Of a stretch of 64,000 nucleotides of DNA, positions 5,856 through 16,264 are shown piece by piece. A model generated the notes under the pieces. It ran no database searches. It was not told the origin of the DNA and saw nothing but the letters and a program-made list of their open reading frames with translations. Position numbers and translations under genes: made by a program. The stretch comes from Clostridia bacterium (GTDB taxonomy: Bacteria > Bacillota > Clostridia > RGIG6154), in assembly GCA_017410375.1 (NCBI GenBank), contig JAFQQW010000058.1, positions 9,192 through 73,191 of the forward strand. The letters run 5' to 3'. How positions within the stretch are numbered: the first letter of the stretch is position 1; each line of letters opens with the position of its first letter.

Positions 5856-7538
5856 TTATTCGCCTTCAACAGCGGCTTTCTGTGCATCGTAAGCTGCAGT
5901 CCATTCGGAGGGCTGGAGCGGAACTTCGGGAGCCGGAGCTGCACCGGATGCCTGGTTTTCGGTGATGTAAGCATTCATCTGCTCAACATATTCCTTACCA
6001 CCCTGTGCATACCATTTTTCCAATGCTGCATCGTATTCAGAAACTTCCATCTGACCTGCGCAGATCTTGGTTACAACCTGAACCAATTCGTCCTGAGCGG
6101 TGATGAACTGAGTGCTGGATGCGATTGCGGGAACGAAGCCGTTATCCAAAGAGTCAATCTGGGTAACCTGGCCAATGTGGAAGTTGTTTAAGGTAATATC
6201 TTCCATATGAGCGGTCTTTGCGGGGTCGATACCACGCAGTGCGAAGAATTCAGGGTCACCTGCTTTTCTTACGATACCGGCCGGGAATGAAGCACCTCTG
6301 CCCTGTTCGCCGGGTTCAACCTGGATGCTGGTCTTAACGCCGCCGATCATTTCATAGGTAATACCTTCAACACCGTTTGCTACCATATCCCAAACTTCGT
6401 CAGAAAGGATGTAGTCGCAAAGCTGGATGAAGTTGTTCGGTTCAGCACATGCGGTGAATACGCAGAACTGACCCCACATGGGTTTGTAGTAACCGTTACC
6501 TGCTACAATGCCGTTATCATCCTTTGCAAAGAGGTATTCAACGTAAGAACCTTCGGGGCTCTGTAAATTGTTGTTTGCTTCCATCAAAGATTTTTCATGG
6601 CTAGCGATATCGCCTACGAAACCGATACCGAGACCATATCTCTGCTGTTTGAAGTTATCGTTAACAGCGGTCTTGGTGAGGGTCGGGCCGTCCTTATCGA
6701 GATAGCCTGCCTTCTGGATTTCCTGGGTGTAAGCGAGCTGCTTCTTGAAGATGTCAGACTTCTGAGAATACTGCGGGAACATGTAATCATAGTCTTCGCC
6801 TTCGTAAGCGTACCAGCCATAGTCACCATAGAAACCACGGGTGAATTCAAAAGGACCAAACTGCTTTGTGGTATCGTCAGTCCAGCAAGAGGTAGCCAAA
6901 GTATCGTTCTTACCGTTGTTATCCGGATCGTCTTCGGTCATTCTCTTTAAGAGTTCTTTGAATTCGTCTGCAGAAACTTCATGGAATTCACGGTCGAGGT
7001 ATTCGCCAAGGCCGATGTTCTTGAGCCAGTCAGCACGAACGATGATACCTTCGTTACGGGTCAGAGATGTTCTCGGAACCGCATAGATTTTGCCGTCATC
7101 GAGGGGTTTAACGCCTTCCCAAGCGGTGGGATAGGTGTAAGCCATCAGGTTGGGGCAGTTTTCTTCGGTTAAGTATTCGTCCAGTGCTACAACCTTACCA
7201 GCTTCGCATACGTCGATGTAAGCCTGTACGGTTGTGGTCGGGAACAATGCTGCGTCCGGATATTCACCGGAAGCAATCATGAGCTGTAACTGTTCCAGAT
7301 AACCGGAACCGGATGCTGTCTGAATTTCAACTGTAACGCCGGTCTTTTCTTTAAAGCCTTCGATGATCATTTCATCGATAACGGTAGGACCTTCAGCGCT
7401 ACCAATGTTACCGAACACGGTTAAAGTGTCGGCTGCATTTTTCTTGCCGCCGTCTTTGCCGGAGCCGTCACATGCTACCAAAGAAAGTACCAGAGTAAGC
7501 GCCAGCATCAGAGCCAAGATTTTGCTTAACTTTTTCAT
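5856..7538 (-). CDS. ABC transporter extracellular solute-binding lipoprotein (family-1 sugar SBP, LplA/YtcQ-like)
   Basis: Signal peptide plus lipobox LVACDGSG; about 560-aa SBP architecture; last gene of a three-gene importer operon. Confidence 0.8.
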   Translation of the reverse strand: MKKLSKILALMLALTLVLSLVACDGSGKDGGKKNAADTLTVFGNIGSAEGPTVIDEMIIEGFKEKTGVTVEIQTASGSGYLEQLQLMIASGEYPDAALFPTTTVQAYIDVCEAGKVVALDEYLTEENCPNLMAYTYPTAWEGVKPLDDGKIYAVPRTSLTRNEGIIVRADWLKNIGLGEYLDREFHEVSADEFKELLKRMTEDDPDNNGKNDTLATSCWTDDTTKQFGPFEFTRGFYGDYGWYAYEGEDYDYMFPQYSQKSDIFKKQLAYTQEIQKAGYLDKDGPTLTKTAVNDNFKQQRYGLGIGFVGDIASHEKSLMEANNNLQSPEGSYVEYLFAKDDNGIVAGNGYYKPMWGQFCVFTACAEPNNFIQLCDYILSDEVWDMVANGVEGITYEMIGGVKTSIQVEPGEQGRGASFPAGIVRKAGDPEFFALRGIDPAKTAHMEDITLNNFHIGQVTQIDSLDNGFVPAIASSTQFITAQDELVQVVTKICAGQMEVSEYDAALEKWYAQGGKEYVEQMNAYITENQASGAAPAPEVPLQPSEWTAAYDAQKAAVEGE

Positions 7539-7645
7539 CTTTTCTTCTCTCCTTTTTAATTTTGCTTTTATAAGAACACTTTCCTTTAAAGTGTACCTAT
7601 TCTTTTTTATATCTTTTTTATCATCCTATTATATTTTTTGACCTA

Positions 7646-8518
7646 TTATTCTTTTACAGAACCTACCATCATACCCTTAACGAAGTATTTCTGAATGAAG
7701 GGGTATACGATAAGAATCGGGGCAACGGTAATGATAAGCGCCGCATACTGGAAGTTAATCGGGTCGATAACTTCATCTACGATATCTTCTTCCGCACCTG
7801 TCATCTGCTGCTGGATGGAAGAACCGATAATAACTTCACGCAGGAACAGCGCCAGGGTCCATTTTTCGGTGCTTCTGATGTAGTAAACAGCTGCTGCATA
7901 AGAGTTCCACTGACCGATTGCCACGAACATTGCAAGGGTTGCAATGATTGCTTTGGAAAGCGGAGCCATAATCTTAAACAGAATAAAGAATTCGGACGCA
8001 CCGTCGATTCTTGCTGCTTCTACCAGCGAATCCGGAATACCTTCCATAAAGTTCTTCATCAGGGTCATGTTGTTTGTGGAGAACAAAGCAACAAAAATCA
8101 GCGCCCAGATGGTATCTAACATACCCAAGCCACGGATTAAGTAGAAAGTAGGAATCAAGCCGCCGCTAAACATCATAACGATGATGAAGTAGGTCATGAT
8201 ACCGCCCTTACCTCTCAAATCCTTTCTGGAAAGCGGATAAGCGGTTAAGAGGTACATGCAAACGGCAATAACGGTTGTAACGATGGTTACGAAAATGGTG
8301 TTACCGTATGCACGCCACAGGCTTACCTTTGCTAAGGTTTCGGTGTAAGCACCGGTGTTCCAGCTTGTAGGCCAAACCATCAGGGGGTTGTTGATAATGT
8401 CATTGTATGAGCTGAAGGATACTGCAAATACGTTTAAGAACGGATATAAAGTAACCAACGCTACCAAACCAACGAGGCAGAAATTAATATAGTCAAAAAA
8501 GTAAATCTTATTTTTCAT
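7646..8518 (-). CDS. carbohydrate ABC transporter permease (LplC/YtcP-like)
   Basis: Six-TM MalG-like permease with an EAA-loop region; adjacent to the partner permease. Confidence 0.85.
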   Translation of the reverse strand: MKNKIYFFDYINFCLVGLVALVTLYPFLNVFAVSFSSYNDIINNPLMVWPTSWNTGAYTETLAKVSLWRAYGNTIFVTIVTTVIAVCMYLLTAYPLSRKDLRGKGGIMTYFIIVMMFSGGLIPTFYLIRGLGMLDTIWALIFVALFSTNNMTLMKNFMEGIPDSLVEAARIDGASEFFILFKIMAPLSKAIIATLAMFVAIGQWNSYAAAVYYIRSTEKWTLALFLREVIIGSSIQQQMTGAEEDIVDEVIDPINFQYAALIITVAPILIVYPFIQKYFVKGMMVGSVKE

Positions 8519-8521
8519 TGA

Positions 8522-9484
8522 TTACCACAATCCTTTCTGTCCGATTTTACGCGAGATGAAGTTTGTTGTCATAACTAAGAAGAAGCTTACTACAGACTTA
8601 AACAAACCAACCGCGGTAGAGAAACCGAAGTCGCCCTTAACGATACCGATTTTGTATGTATAGGTTTCGAATACTTCCGATACCTCAGCATTCAAGCTGT
8701 TGGACAACAGATAAATCTGTTCGAAACCGTTGTTCATAACGGTACCCATGTTCAGGATCAATACGGTTACGATGGTGGACATAATGCCCGGCAGGGTGAT
8801 GTGCAGAATTCTCTGGAAACGGTTTGCACCGTCGATAAGAGCTGCTTCGTAAACCTGCTGGTCTAAGTTAGAAAGTGCTGCAAGGTAGATAATAGAAGAC
8901 CAACCGCAGCCCTTCCAGATGTTGGCGATAACGATAACGCCACGGAAGTATTTCGGATCCTGCAGGAACAGAATCGGGTCGCCGCCCAGTTTTTGTATAA
9001 TGAAGTTGATAGGACCTTGCGAATCCAGGTAGTTAATCAACATACCTGCGATAACAACCCAAGAGATAAAGTGCGGGAGGTAAGATACCGTCTGCACAAA
9101 ACGTTTGAACAGGTCTTGTTTTACTTCATTTAAGAGAATTGCGAGAATAATCGGGAACGGAAAACCGAAAATCAGATTGTAGAATGAAAGTACAACTGAG
9201 TTAAAGAATACGTGGTAGAATTCATCCGAACCAAAGAGGATTCTGAAGTTTTCAAAACCGATAAACTCACTGTCTGCAATGCTGTCAACCGCTTTAAAGT
9301 CCTGGAACGCAATCACGATACCGAACATAGGCAGGTAGTTGTAAATCAATACATACAGCATTGCCGGCACAAGCAAAATATAAAGCCATTTGTTTGTAAT
9401 GATGTACTTAAACAATGACTTCTTGGGGGCAACATAAACGCCCTCCGGGTAAACCGCTTGTAATTTTTTACCCAACTTTGTCAC
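8522..9484 (-). CDS. carbohydrate ABC transporter permease (LplB/YteP-like)
   Basis: Polytopic permease of about 320 aa with the N-terminal extension typical of LplB. Confidence 0.85.
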   Translation of the reverse strand: MTKLGKKLQAVYPEGVYVAPKKSLFKYIITNKWLYILLVPAMLYVLIYNYLPMFGIVIAFQDFKAVDSIADSEFIGFENFRILFGSDEFYHVFFNSVVLSFYNLIFGFPFPIILAILLNEVKQDLFKRFVQTVSYLPHFISWVVIAGMLINYLDSQGPINFIIQKLGGDPILFLQDPKYFRGVIVIANIWKGCGWSSIIYLAALSNLDQQVYEAALIDGANRFQRILHITLPGIMSTIVTVLILNMGTVMNNGFEQIYLLSNSLNAEVSEVFETYTYKIGIVKGDFGFSTAVGLFKSVVSFFLVMTTNFISRKIGQKGLW

Positions 9485-9627
9485 TCCCTTTCAAAAGATT
9501 ATACTTTTACAGTACTTATATCATACCACTTTCCACCAAAAAAGGAAATGTGTTTAAATTGGTTTTTTTTCTAAAAATATGTGTTTATATTAGATTTCAA
9601 CAAAAACCGATTGTTTTTTTTATAAAA

Positions 9628-9666
9628 AATGTACAAAAAAAGGAACTCCGCGGTTGGAGTTCCTTT
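9628..9666. terminator. bidirectional rho-independent terminator AAAGGAACTCCGCGGTTGGAGTTCCTTT
   Basis: GC-rich 11-bp stem flanked by A/T runs on both sides; lies just 3' of nhaC. Confidence 0.6.
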
Positions 9667-9682
9667 GGATGTACTTTTTTAA

Positions 9683-11311
9683 TTATGCCTCTTTTTTGCC
9701 AAGAGTTGCTTTGAGCACCAGAGTGGTTGCAACCATCAATACGATTGCTACGGGCAGAGCGATGAATACGTTCTGAACATAGCCTGCGATGATGAAGGAA
9801 ACAAACGATACAGCCGCAACGGTCAGCGCATAAGGCAACTGTGTGGAAACGTGGCTCACATGGTCACACTGTGCACCGGCAGAAGCCATGATGGTGGTAT
9901 CCGAAATAGGCGAGCAGTGGTCACCGCAAACCGCACCTGCGAGACATGCGGACATACCGATAATCTGCATTTCAGAGCCGTTGGGGAATACACTTACCAC
10001 AATCGGGATTAAGATACCGAAAGTACCCCAGGATGTACCTGTGGAGAATGCCAGGAAGATTGCTACCACAAAGATAACTGCGGGCAGGAGTGCCTGCAGA
10101 CCGCCTGCAACGCCACTCATAATGTCTGCTACATAGATGTCAGCACCCAAGAGAAGTGTCATGTTCTTCAAGGTGGTTGCCATGGTCAAGATAACCAGAG
10201 CAGGAACCATGGTCTTAAAGCCTGCAGTTACGCAGTCCATGCTTTCTTTGAAGTTGATGGAGCGACGGATCAGGAAATAGATTTCAATAATAACCAGCGC
10301 GATGATTGCACCTAAGGGCAAAGCAAAGGTTGCATCGGTGTTTGCAAATGCACCCGCAAAGGTTTCGCCTGCCCAGAAACCGCCGTTATACAGCATGCCC
10401 CAGATACAAGCTACAATTAAAACCACGATGGGGAAAATCAGGTCAAACATGTTGCTCTTTTTGTTCTGTGCCACCTGTTCAGCCTGTTCAGCCTTATCTG
10501 CAACAACGGTGAACAAATCGCCCTTTTCTGCGTTTGCTTCAAAGCGCTTCATAGGACCGAAGTCAAACTTGAGGCAGACAATCATAACCACGAACAAAAT
10601 GGTTAAGAGAGAATAGAAGTTGTAAGGGATTGCCTGAATGAACAGAGAAATACCGCTCACGCCATCGGGCGCAAATTCAGAAACCGCTGCTGCCCAGGAA
10701 GAAATGGGGGCAATCATACAAATCGGTGCTGCGGTTGCGTCGATTAAGAACGCAAGCTTTGCACGGGAGATTTTGTGGGTGTCGGTTACAGGTGTCATAA
10801 CAGAGCCTACGGTTAAGCAGTTAAAGTAGTCGTCTACGAAAATCAGAACACCCAAAACGAAGGTTGCAAGACCTGCACCAACCTTGGTTTTGATGTTTTT
10901 CTTTGCCCAACGACCGAATGCTGCGGAACCGCCGGATTTGTTAATCATCGCAACGATAACGCCCAGCAATACCAGGAACAGGAAGATACCTGCAGTACCG
11001 CCGATGGAATCAATCAAGCCTGCGGTCTGTGCTTCGCCGTCTACTAAAATTTCAGCGGAAAGAACCGACTGAATCGCATTAATGATGTTGAAATCTGCAT
11101 GGAACAAAGCACCAAGCACGATACCAACGAACAAAGAAGAATAAACTTCTTTTGTAATAAGTGCCAAAACAATGGCAACTACGGGCGGCACAAGAGCCCA
11201 GAAAGAATTGTAGAACTGTGCCGACTGACCTTCCACTGCCGCAAATGCAACCACGGGCATCATAATTGCAAGCAATGCAACAATCAGTGTTTTCAAACTG
11301 AATCTTTTCAT
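9683..11311 (-). CDS. nhaC: Na+/H+ antiporter NhaC family
   Basis: About 12 TM helices; NhaC-type sequence with N-terminal signal-like segment. Confidence 0.75.
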   Translation of the reverse strand: MKRFSLKTLIVALLAIMMPVVAFAAVEGQSAQFYNSFWALVPPVVAIVLALITKEVYSSLFVGIVLGALFHADFNIINAIQSVLSAEILVDGEAQTAGLIDSIGGTAGIFLFLVLLGVIVAMINKSGGSAAFGRWAKKNIKTKVGAGLATFVLGVLIFVDDYFNCLTVGSVMTPVTDTHKISRAKLAFLIDATAAPICMIAPISSWAAAVSEFAPDGVSGISLFIQAIPYNFYSLLTILFVVMIVCLKFDFGPMKRFEANAEKGDLFTVVADKAEQAEQVAQNKKSNMFDLIFPIVVLIVACIWGMLYNGGFWAGETFAGAFANTDATFALPLGAIIALVIIEIYFLIRRSINFKESMDCVTAGFKTMVPALVILTMATTLKNMTLLLGADIYVADIMSGVAGGLQALLPAVIFVVAIFLAFSTGTSWGTFGILIPIVVSVFPNGSEMQIIGMSACLAGAVCGDHCSPISDTTIMASAGAQCDHVSHVSTQLPYALTVAAVSFVSFIIAGYVQNVFIALPVAIVLMVATTLVLKATLGKKEA

Positions 11312-11332
11312 TTGTGATACTCCTCACTTATT

Positions 11333-11755
11333 TTATTCTGTAATGATGACCGTTGATGTCTCATCATTCCATTCAACATTAAGTCCGAAGCTTTCGGACA
11401 CGGCGCGCAAAGGCACCATGGTGCGTTCACCGATTAACTGCGGTGCCACATCCAACTGAATCGGTTTGTCATTAACAAACAGAGTCGGTAAATCAATCTG
11501 CATAATCACGTTTACGTCCCCTGCAAAGGCAAACACGGTCTGCGTTGCATCTTCCCAGTAAATGTTTGCACCTAAGGCTTCAAAAATAAAGCGCATGGGA
11601 ACCATTGTTCTGTCGTTTACCAACTGCGGCTGTGTGTCGGGGAACACCAGCTCCTGTCCTTTTAACACCACATGGATGGTGTCCTCTGCAAAAACGGGCA
11701 ACGCCGTTGCAAAAATCAGACTTAAGCTGAGTAACAGACAAAGCCATTTTTTCAT
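11333..11755 (-). CDS. secreted copper-amine-oxidase N-terminal-like (stalk) domain protein
   Basis: Signal peptide; two DRTMVP(M/L)R...E(A/S)(L/F)G motifs characteristic of the Cu_amine_oxidN1 domain. Confidence 0.7.
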   Translation of the reverse strand: MKKWLCLLLSLSLIFATALPVFAEDTIHVVLKGQELVFPDTQPQLVNDRTMVPMRFIFEALGANIYWEDATQTVFAFAGDVNVIMQIDLPTLFVNDKPIQLDVAPQLIGERTMVPLRAVSESFGLNVEWNDETSTVIITE

Positions 11756-11858
11756 CCTCTTTCCTCCCTCTTCCTTTTTTCCTTACTATTGTACACGAAT
11801 TTTTGTGCGTTGTCAATATATTTTAACGAAAAGAAACCGCCAAAGCGGTTTCTTTTTA

Positions 11859-12464
11859 TTACATTCTTTCGAAGTCGGATGCCGGATGCTTGCACAGCGG
11901 ACAAATGAAATCCGAAGGCAAAGGTCCCTCATGCACATATCCGCAAATTTTACATACCCACTTTTCCCCCTCGTCTGCTTTCACCTGGGGCTTGGGCTTG
12001 ATGTTTGCGTGATAGTACGCATAGGTCACCGACGGCTCGTTGTTTAACACCTCCGCCTCGGTAAGCTCTGCCACAAAAAGCGTGTGCGAGCCTAAATCGG
12101 TCATGGAAAGCACTTTGCCTGCCATGTAAGCATTTGCAAAGGTATTTAAGCGCAAAACACCGTTTTCGCAACGGGTATACGCCGCCTCGGACACAAATTT
12201 GTTTACCGCTCTTCCGCTCTGGAAGCCGTACCATTTAAACATTTCAAAGGGCGTGCTTTCTGTCAGGCAGGACACCGCAAAAAGTCCCGTATTTACAATC
12301 ATATCATGGGTTTTGTTCTGCTTGTTCACCGAAAAAACCAGACGGAGCGGATTGTCCGCCGCCTGCATCACCGTGTTTACAATACAACCGTTGTCAAACC
12401 CGTTTTCGTGCGCAGATAGCACATACAAGCCGTACCCAATCTTAAACAATGCCGTTTTATCCAT
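11859..12464 (-). CDS. flavin reductase-like domain fused to a C-terminal rubredoxin
   Basis: C-terminal CKICGYVHEG...CPLCKHPASDFE rubredoxin CxxC pair; N-terminal FMN-binding split-barrel-like region. Confidence 0.75.
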   Translation of the reverse strand: MDKTALFKIGYGLYVLSAHENGFDNGCIVNTVMQAADNPLRLVFSVNKQNKTHDMIVNTGLFAVSCLTESTPFEMFKWYGFQSGRAVNKFVSEAAYTRCENGVLRLNTFANAYMAGKVLSMTDLGSHTLFVAELTEAEVLNNEPSVTYAYYHANIKPKPQVKADEGEKWVCKICGYVHEGPLPSDFICPLCKHPASDFERM

Positions 12465-12527
12465 ATTATCCCATCCTCTCTATTCTGCTATCCTTAATAT
12501 ACCACATTTTCAGCAGTTTTACAAGTT

Positions 12528-13319
12528 TTATTTATACATGTGCTCTAAATTGAGCCGTTTATAGCTTGCAGGGGTTTGTCCGAAGTGTTGCTTGAAAAGG
12601 CGCTGGAAATATTTTACATCCGCAAACCCCGCCTTTTCAGCGGTTTCGGTCACGTTGTAAAACCCGCTCTGCAACAGTCCCGAGGCATACTCAAGCTTTA
12701 AATTGATAATATACCGCGCAGGCGATATCCCGTAAATGCTTTTGAAAACCCGTCTGAAATACGCCTCCGAAACAGATGCCATCTCCGCAAGATACGCCAC
12801 CGAAATTTTCTCTTTACGGTAATTCTTATGCATATAGTCTATGATGCTGTCGGGAATTTTATCCGTCCCCACCGCAGAAACACTCTCCTTTTCGGTCTGC
12901 AGCCGCAAAAGGTACAAAAGCTGATACAAAAGCGCCATGCACGCCTGCTTATATCCCGTTTTTTTCTCGGTCCAGAGCTTGTACATGGATTGGGTAAGCG
13001 CCATCGCTTCTTCGCGGTTTTCGGGCGAAACGGTTTCCACCTCCGACCTTTTTTCCGAGCTGTACCGTATAAAATGAATGGCAATAATGCTCTCCCCTGC
13101 GGTTTCCTGACTGTATTTTTTTGTTTGGGGCAGATAAATAAAATCTCCGGTCTGCACCGTATACTGTCTGCCGTCGCAGGTAAAGCTTCCGCTTCCTGCG
13201 GTACGCACACTTAAGCTGTCATAATGTCTGTCATGGGCAATCCGCAAAACCGACGCAGACCGCCTGATTTTAAACACCCCGATTAAATCCACCAGAACGC
13301 TGTCATTTCCAAAAAACAT
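12528..13319 (-). CDS. AraC-family transcriptional regulator (cupin sensor + AraC HTH)
   Basis: C-terminal dual HTH (SVSEAYFRRVFK...KYFQRLFK); divergent from the hydrolase genes. Confidence 0.85.
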   Translation of the reverse strand: MFFGNDSVLVDLIGVFKIRRSASVLRIAHDRHYDSLSVRTAGSGSFTCDGRQYTVQTGDFIYLPQTKKYSQETAGESIIAIHFIRYSSEKRSEVETVSPENREEAMALTQSMYKLWTEKKTGYKQACMALLYQLLYLLRLQTEKESVSAVGTDKIPDSIIDYMHKNYRKEKISVAYLAEMASVSEAYFRRVFKSIYGISPARYIINLKLEYASGLLQSGFYNVTETAEKAGFADVKYFQRLFKQHFGQTPASYKRLNLEHMYK

Positions 13320-13460
13320 CTTTTGTTCACCTCTTTAATCAGTATATCTTGTTTTTCTTCGAAAGTCAAGTATCGTTTTGTCCACCTTTTAGTGCGATTT
13401 GTGCGTTTACAATCCACTTTAACCGTGTTACTCTATAGATAGAAAGTGAGGTTTAAAAAA

Positions 13461-14810
13461 ATGACTAAAAAAGAAATTTTAAGCAAAATGCTGATTCAGC
13501 CTAAGAAAATCGCCCTTGGCGAAGGCACAATGCAGCTTGACGCAAGCGCAACCGTTAAAACCAACTGCACCAAAGACATTTCGTATCTTTTACAGCTGGC
13601 AAGCCTTAAAAATGCTCAAGTGGTGGATGCAGACACCAAAATCTTCTTCCTTACCGCAGGCGAGGCAACTTTTACAGAACAAGCCGAATTCGATAACGAC
13701 GAAGCCTTCTATTTAAATATAGAAGAAAAGGGCTTTGCAATTGTGGCAAAAACCGAAGACGGTCTGCTTTTAGGCTTAAAGGCGATAATCCGCATGACAG
13801 AAGAATTGTCCGATTGCCTTCCCGTTATGGACATTTACGATTACCCCAACATTCCGTTCCGTGCGGTACACACCTGCATTTTCCGTCCCGATGACGGCAG
13901 TGACAAGGAAGAAAGCCATCCCGATTACATCAAAAAGATGATTAAAACCGCGGCTCTTGCAGGCTACAATCACATTTTCATTGAATTCTGGGGCATGTTC
14001 CCGTACAGCTTAGACTACGCACACTGGCCGAACGCCTATACAAAGGAAGAAATTGCAGATTTGATTGCCTTTGCCATGGATAAAATGCACATCCGTCCGC
14101 TCCCTGCACAGAATTTGACCACCCATGCAGGCTGGAGCCGAATTGTAACCCGTCAGCACACCGTTTTGGACCAGAGACCCGACATGGCAGACATGTACAT
14201 CCCGGGCGGTTGGTGCTTTGCCACCGAAAACCCCAAAACAAAAGAATTTATCAAGCTTTTGATTGACGAGCTGGTGGAAATGTTCCGCAATCCGCCTTAC
14301 TTACATTGCTGCTGTGACAAGGCATTTGGCTTTGGCTCTACAGAAGAGGACAGAACCATGAGCGCAGACATTTTGTTTGCAAAGCATATTTCGTTCTTAA
14401 ACACCTACTTGCGCGAAAAGGATGTCAGAATGGTGATGTGGGGCGATATGCTCTACTCCTCTATGGATGCTCTGTACTGGAAGTGTGACGAAAAAACCTC
14501 TGATTTCATTCCCAAGAATGTTTTGATTAACATCTGGACCCACAACGACCCGGGCAGAAAATGGCAGGATGCGGCATTCTTTGAAAACAAAGGTTTTGAG
14601 ACCGTTTATTCCCCGTTCATGGGCGAAAAGAGCATCGAGAGCATGGTTGCCCTCTGCCACGAAAGAGGAAGCCACGGTATCGTGCAGACCACCTGGCACA
14701 GACCCCAGAGTGCAACACCCTTTGTGATTCTGTCGGGTGCATTGCAGTGGTGCGGTGAAAAGCCGAGCAAAGAGCTGATTGAAACCCATAAGGAAAAGTG
14801 GTACAGATAA
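13461..14810 (+). CDS. putative glycoside hydrolase-like TIM-barrel protein (GH20-like/DUF4838-like)
   Basis: AraC-divergent position; TIM-barrel-like alternation; AAGTGAGG RBS 8 nt before the ATG at 13461; family assignment uncertain. Confidence 0.45.
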   Translation: MTKKEILSKMLIQPKKIALGEGTMQLDASATVKTNCTKDISYLLQLASLKNAQVVDADTKIFFLTAGEATFTEQAEFDNDEAFYLNIEEKGFAIVAKTEDGLLLGLKAIIRMTEELSDCLPVMDIYDYPNIPFRAVHTCIFRPDDGSDKEESHPDYIKKMIKTAALAGYNHIFIEFWGMFPYSLDYAHWPNAYTKEEIADLIAFAMDKMHIRPLPAQNLTTHAGWSRIVTRQHTVLDQRPDMADMYIPGGWCFATENPKTKEFIKLLIDELVEMFRNPPYLHCCCDKAFGFGSTEEDRTMSADILFAKHISFLNTYLREKDVRMVMWGDMLYSSMDALYWKCDEKTSDFIPKNVLINIWTHNDPGRKWQDAAFFENKGFETVYSPFMGEKSIESMVALCHERGSHGIVQTTWHRPQSATPFVILSGALQWCGEKPSKELIETHKEKWYR

Positions 14811-14825
14811 GAAAGGAAATATGTT

Positions 14826-15911
14826 ATGGTAAGCATTCCCGAAAAATTTAAAGACCATCCGATTTTTAACGAGCGGATTTGCGGTACAAATTTCGGTTTT
14901 TTAAACACGAGAGGCTACTACCGCACCGAAAATGCCAAAAAACAGCCCGAGCTGATGCAAAAAATGGGCATCAACTGGACTACACTTAACATCAACCTCT
15001 GTCAGGAAAAGGTGTTTTCCACCAAGCTGTTTATTGATTTCAAGTACACGGTTGGCGAAGACGAAATCATTGAAATGACCCGTCTTTTGCATGAAAAGAA
15101 TGTTAAGGTGCTGTTAAAGCCGTGCTTTACCTCTTTAGACGGTGCGCCCATGTGCTGTGTAGACTTCCCCACCAAGGAAGCCTGCCGTCAGATTGAGGGG
15201 GTTGTAACCGACTACTGGAAAGAATGGTTTGCTTCCTACACCGAAAGCATGCGCTATTTTGCAGACCTGGCTCAAAGGGCAGGGGTAGACAGTATGATGA
15301 TTGGTGCAGAATTAGAAGGTACTGCAGGACAGGACGAATACTGGCTGGATATCATCAAAACGGTAAGAAGTATTTATGATGGACCGATTACCTATGAATT
15401 CACCTTCGCATCCCGCAAAAAACATGCGCTTGAATGGATGAAGGAATTGGACTATTTAAGCTACAGCTACTATCCGCCTGCACAAAAACAGCTTCCCGAC
15501 ACGTACAACGCAAAGGCAGAAGAAATTAACGCACTCCCCACCCCCACAGTGGAGGAAATGGTGGAATTCTTAAAGCCCAGAAGAGACAGAATCAAGTCTA
15601 TCATAGAGCAGTTTGGCAACAAGCCCATTGTGTTTACCGAAGCAGGCGTGCGTTCGTCGCATGGGTGCAGTATGCTTCCCTATAACTTCAACTGGGAAAC
15701 CCGCTATGACGGTGAAGAACAGGCAAATTACATGGAAGCACTGTTCCGGACCTTCCATGACATCCCGGGCTGGATGGGACTGTTTTGGTGGAAATGGGAC
15801 GAAACCCAGCACCGTCCGCACTATCACACAGAGCCGGGGGTAGACAAGGGCTTTACCATTCAGGGCAAGCCTGCAGAAGCGGTCTTAAAGAAATGGTTTT
15901 TAAAGAAATAA
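14826..15911 (+). CDS. putative clan GH-A glycoside hydrolase (GH113/GH5-like)
   Basis: MIGAELEG-type catalytic Glu context and aromatic-rich TIM barrel; co-operonic with the other hydrolase-like genes. Confidence 0.45.
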   Translation: MVSIPEKFKDHPIFNERICGTNFGFLNTRGYYRTENAKKQPELMQKMGINWTTLNINLCQEKVFSTKLFIDFKYTVGEDEIIEMTRLLHEKNVKVLLKPCFTSLDGAPMCCVDFPTKEACRQIEGVVTDYWKEWFASYTESMRYFADLAQRAGVDSMMIGAELEGTAGQDEYWLDIIKTVRSIYDGPITYEFTFASRKKHALEWMKELDYLSYSYYPPAQKQLPDTYNAKAEEINALPTPTVEEMVEFLKPRRDRIKSIIEQFGNKPIVFTEAGVRSSHGCSMLPYNFNWETRYDGEEQANYMEALFRTFHDIPGWMGLFWWKWDETQHRPHYHTEPGVDKGFTIQGKPAEAVLKKWFLKK

Positions 15912-15957
15912 GTTTTGAAAATTATAAATTGCTTTTTAGTATTTGTATGGGCTTACC

Positions 15958-16208
15958 CATTGCATTATAGTATAATAATTGCGACTACAGAAAAAACACT
16001 TCGTGTTTTACATTTATGCAATTATTGTACCACGGAGTGATGAAGCAAGCCGACTACGGCTTGCACTTATGGTATAATAATTGCGACCAAAGAAAAAACA
16101 CTTCGTGTTTTACATTTATGCAATTATTGTACCACGGAGTGATGAAGCAAGCCGACTACGGCTTGCACTTATGGTATAATAATTGCGACCACGGAGTGAT
16201 GACAAAAA
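15958..16208 (+). repeat. tandem direct repeat (about 2.3 x 118 bp), each unit carrying TGGTATAAT and two hairpins
   Basis: The unit TATAATAATTGCGACC...CAAGCCGACTACGGCTTGCACTTATGG recurs at about 15965, 16075 and 16183. Confidence 0.7.
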
Positions 16209-16264
16209 GGCTCCCTCTGACGAGGGAGCTGGCAAACCGCAGGTTTGTCTGAGGGAGAGATAAA

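Noticed and set aside
11859-12464. Rubredoxin fusion as part of a larger oxidative-stress operon
   Set aside because: It is a single gene flanked by a terminator-less gap and the AraC gene. No rubrerythrin, desulfoferrodoxin or NADH oxidase partners lie nearby. It was noted only as a flavin-reductase/rubredoxin fusion.
16016-16252. 78-aa ORF with an internally duplicated sequence
   Set aside because: The reading frame is generated by the 118-bp tandem DNA repeat itself, so the duplicated peptide simply mirrors the repeat. There is no RBS and no coding periodicity evidence.
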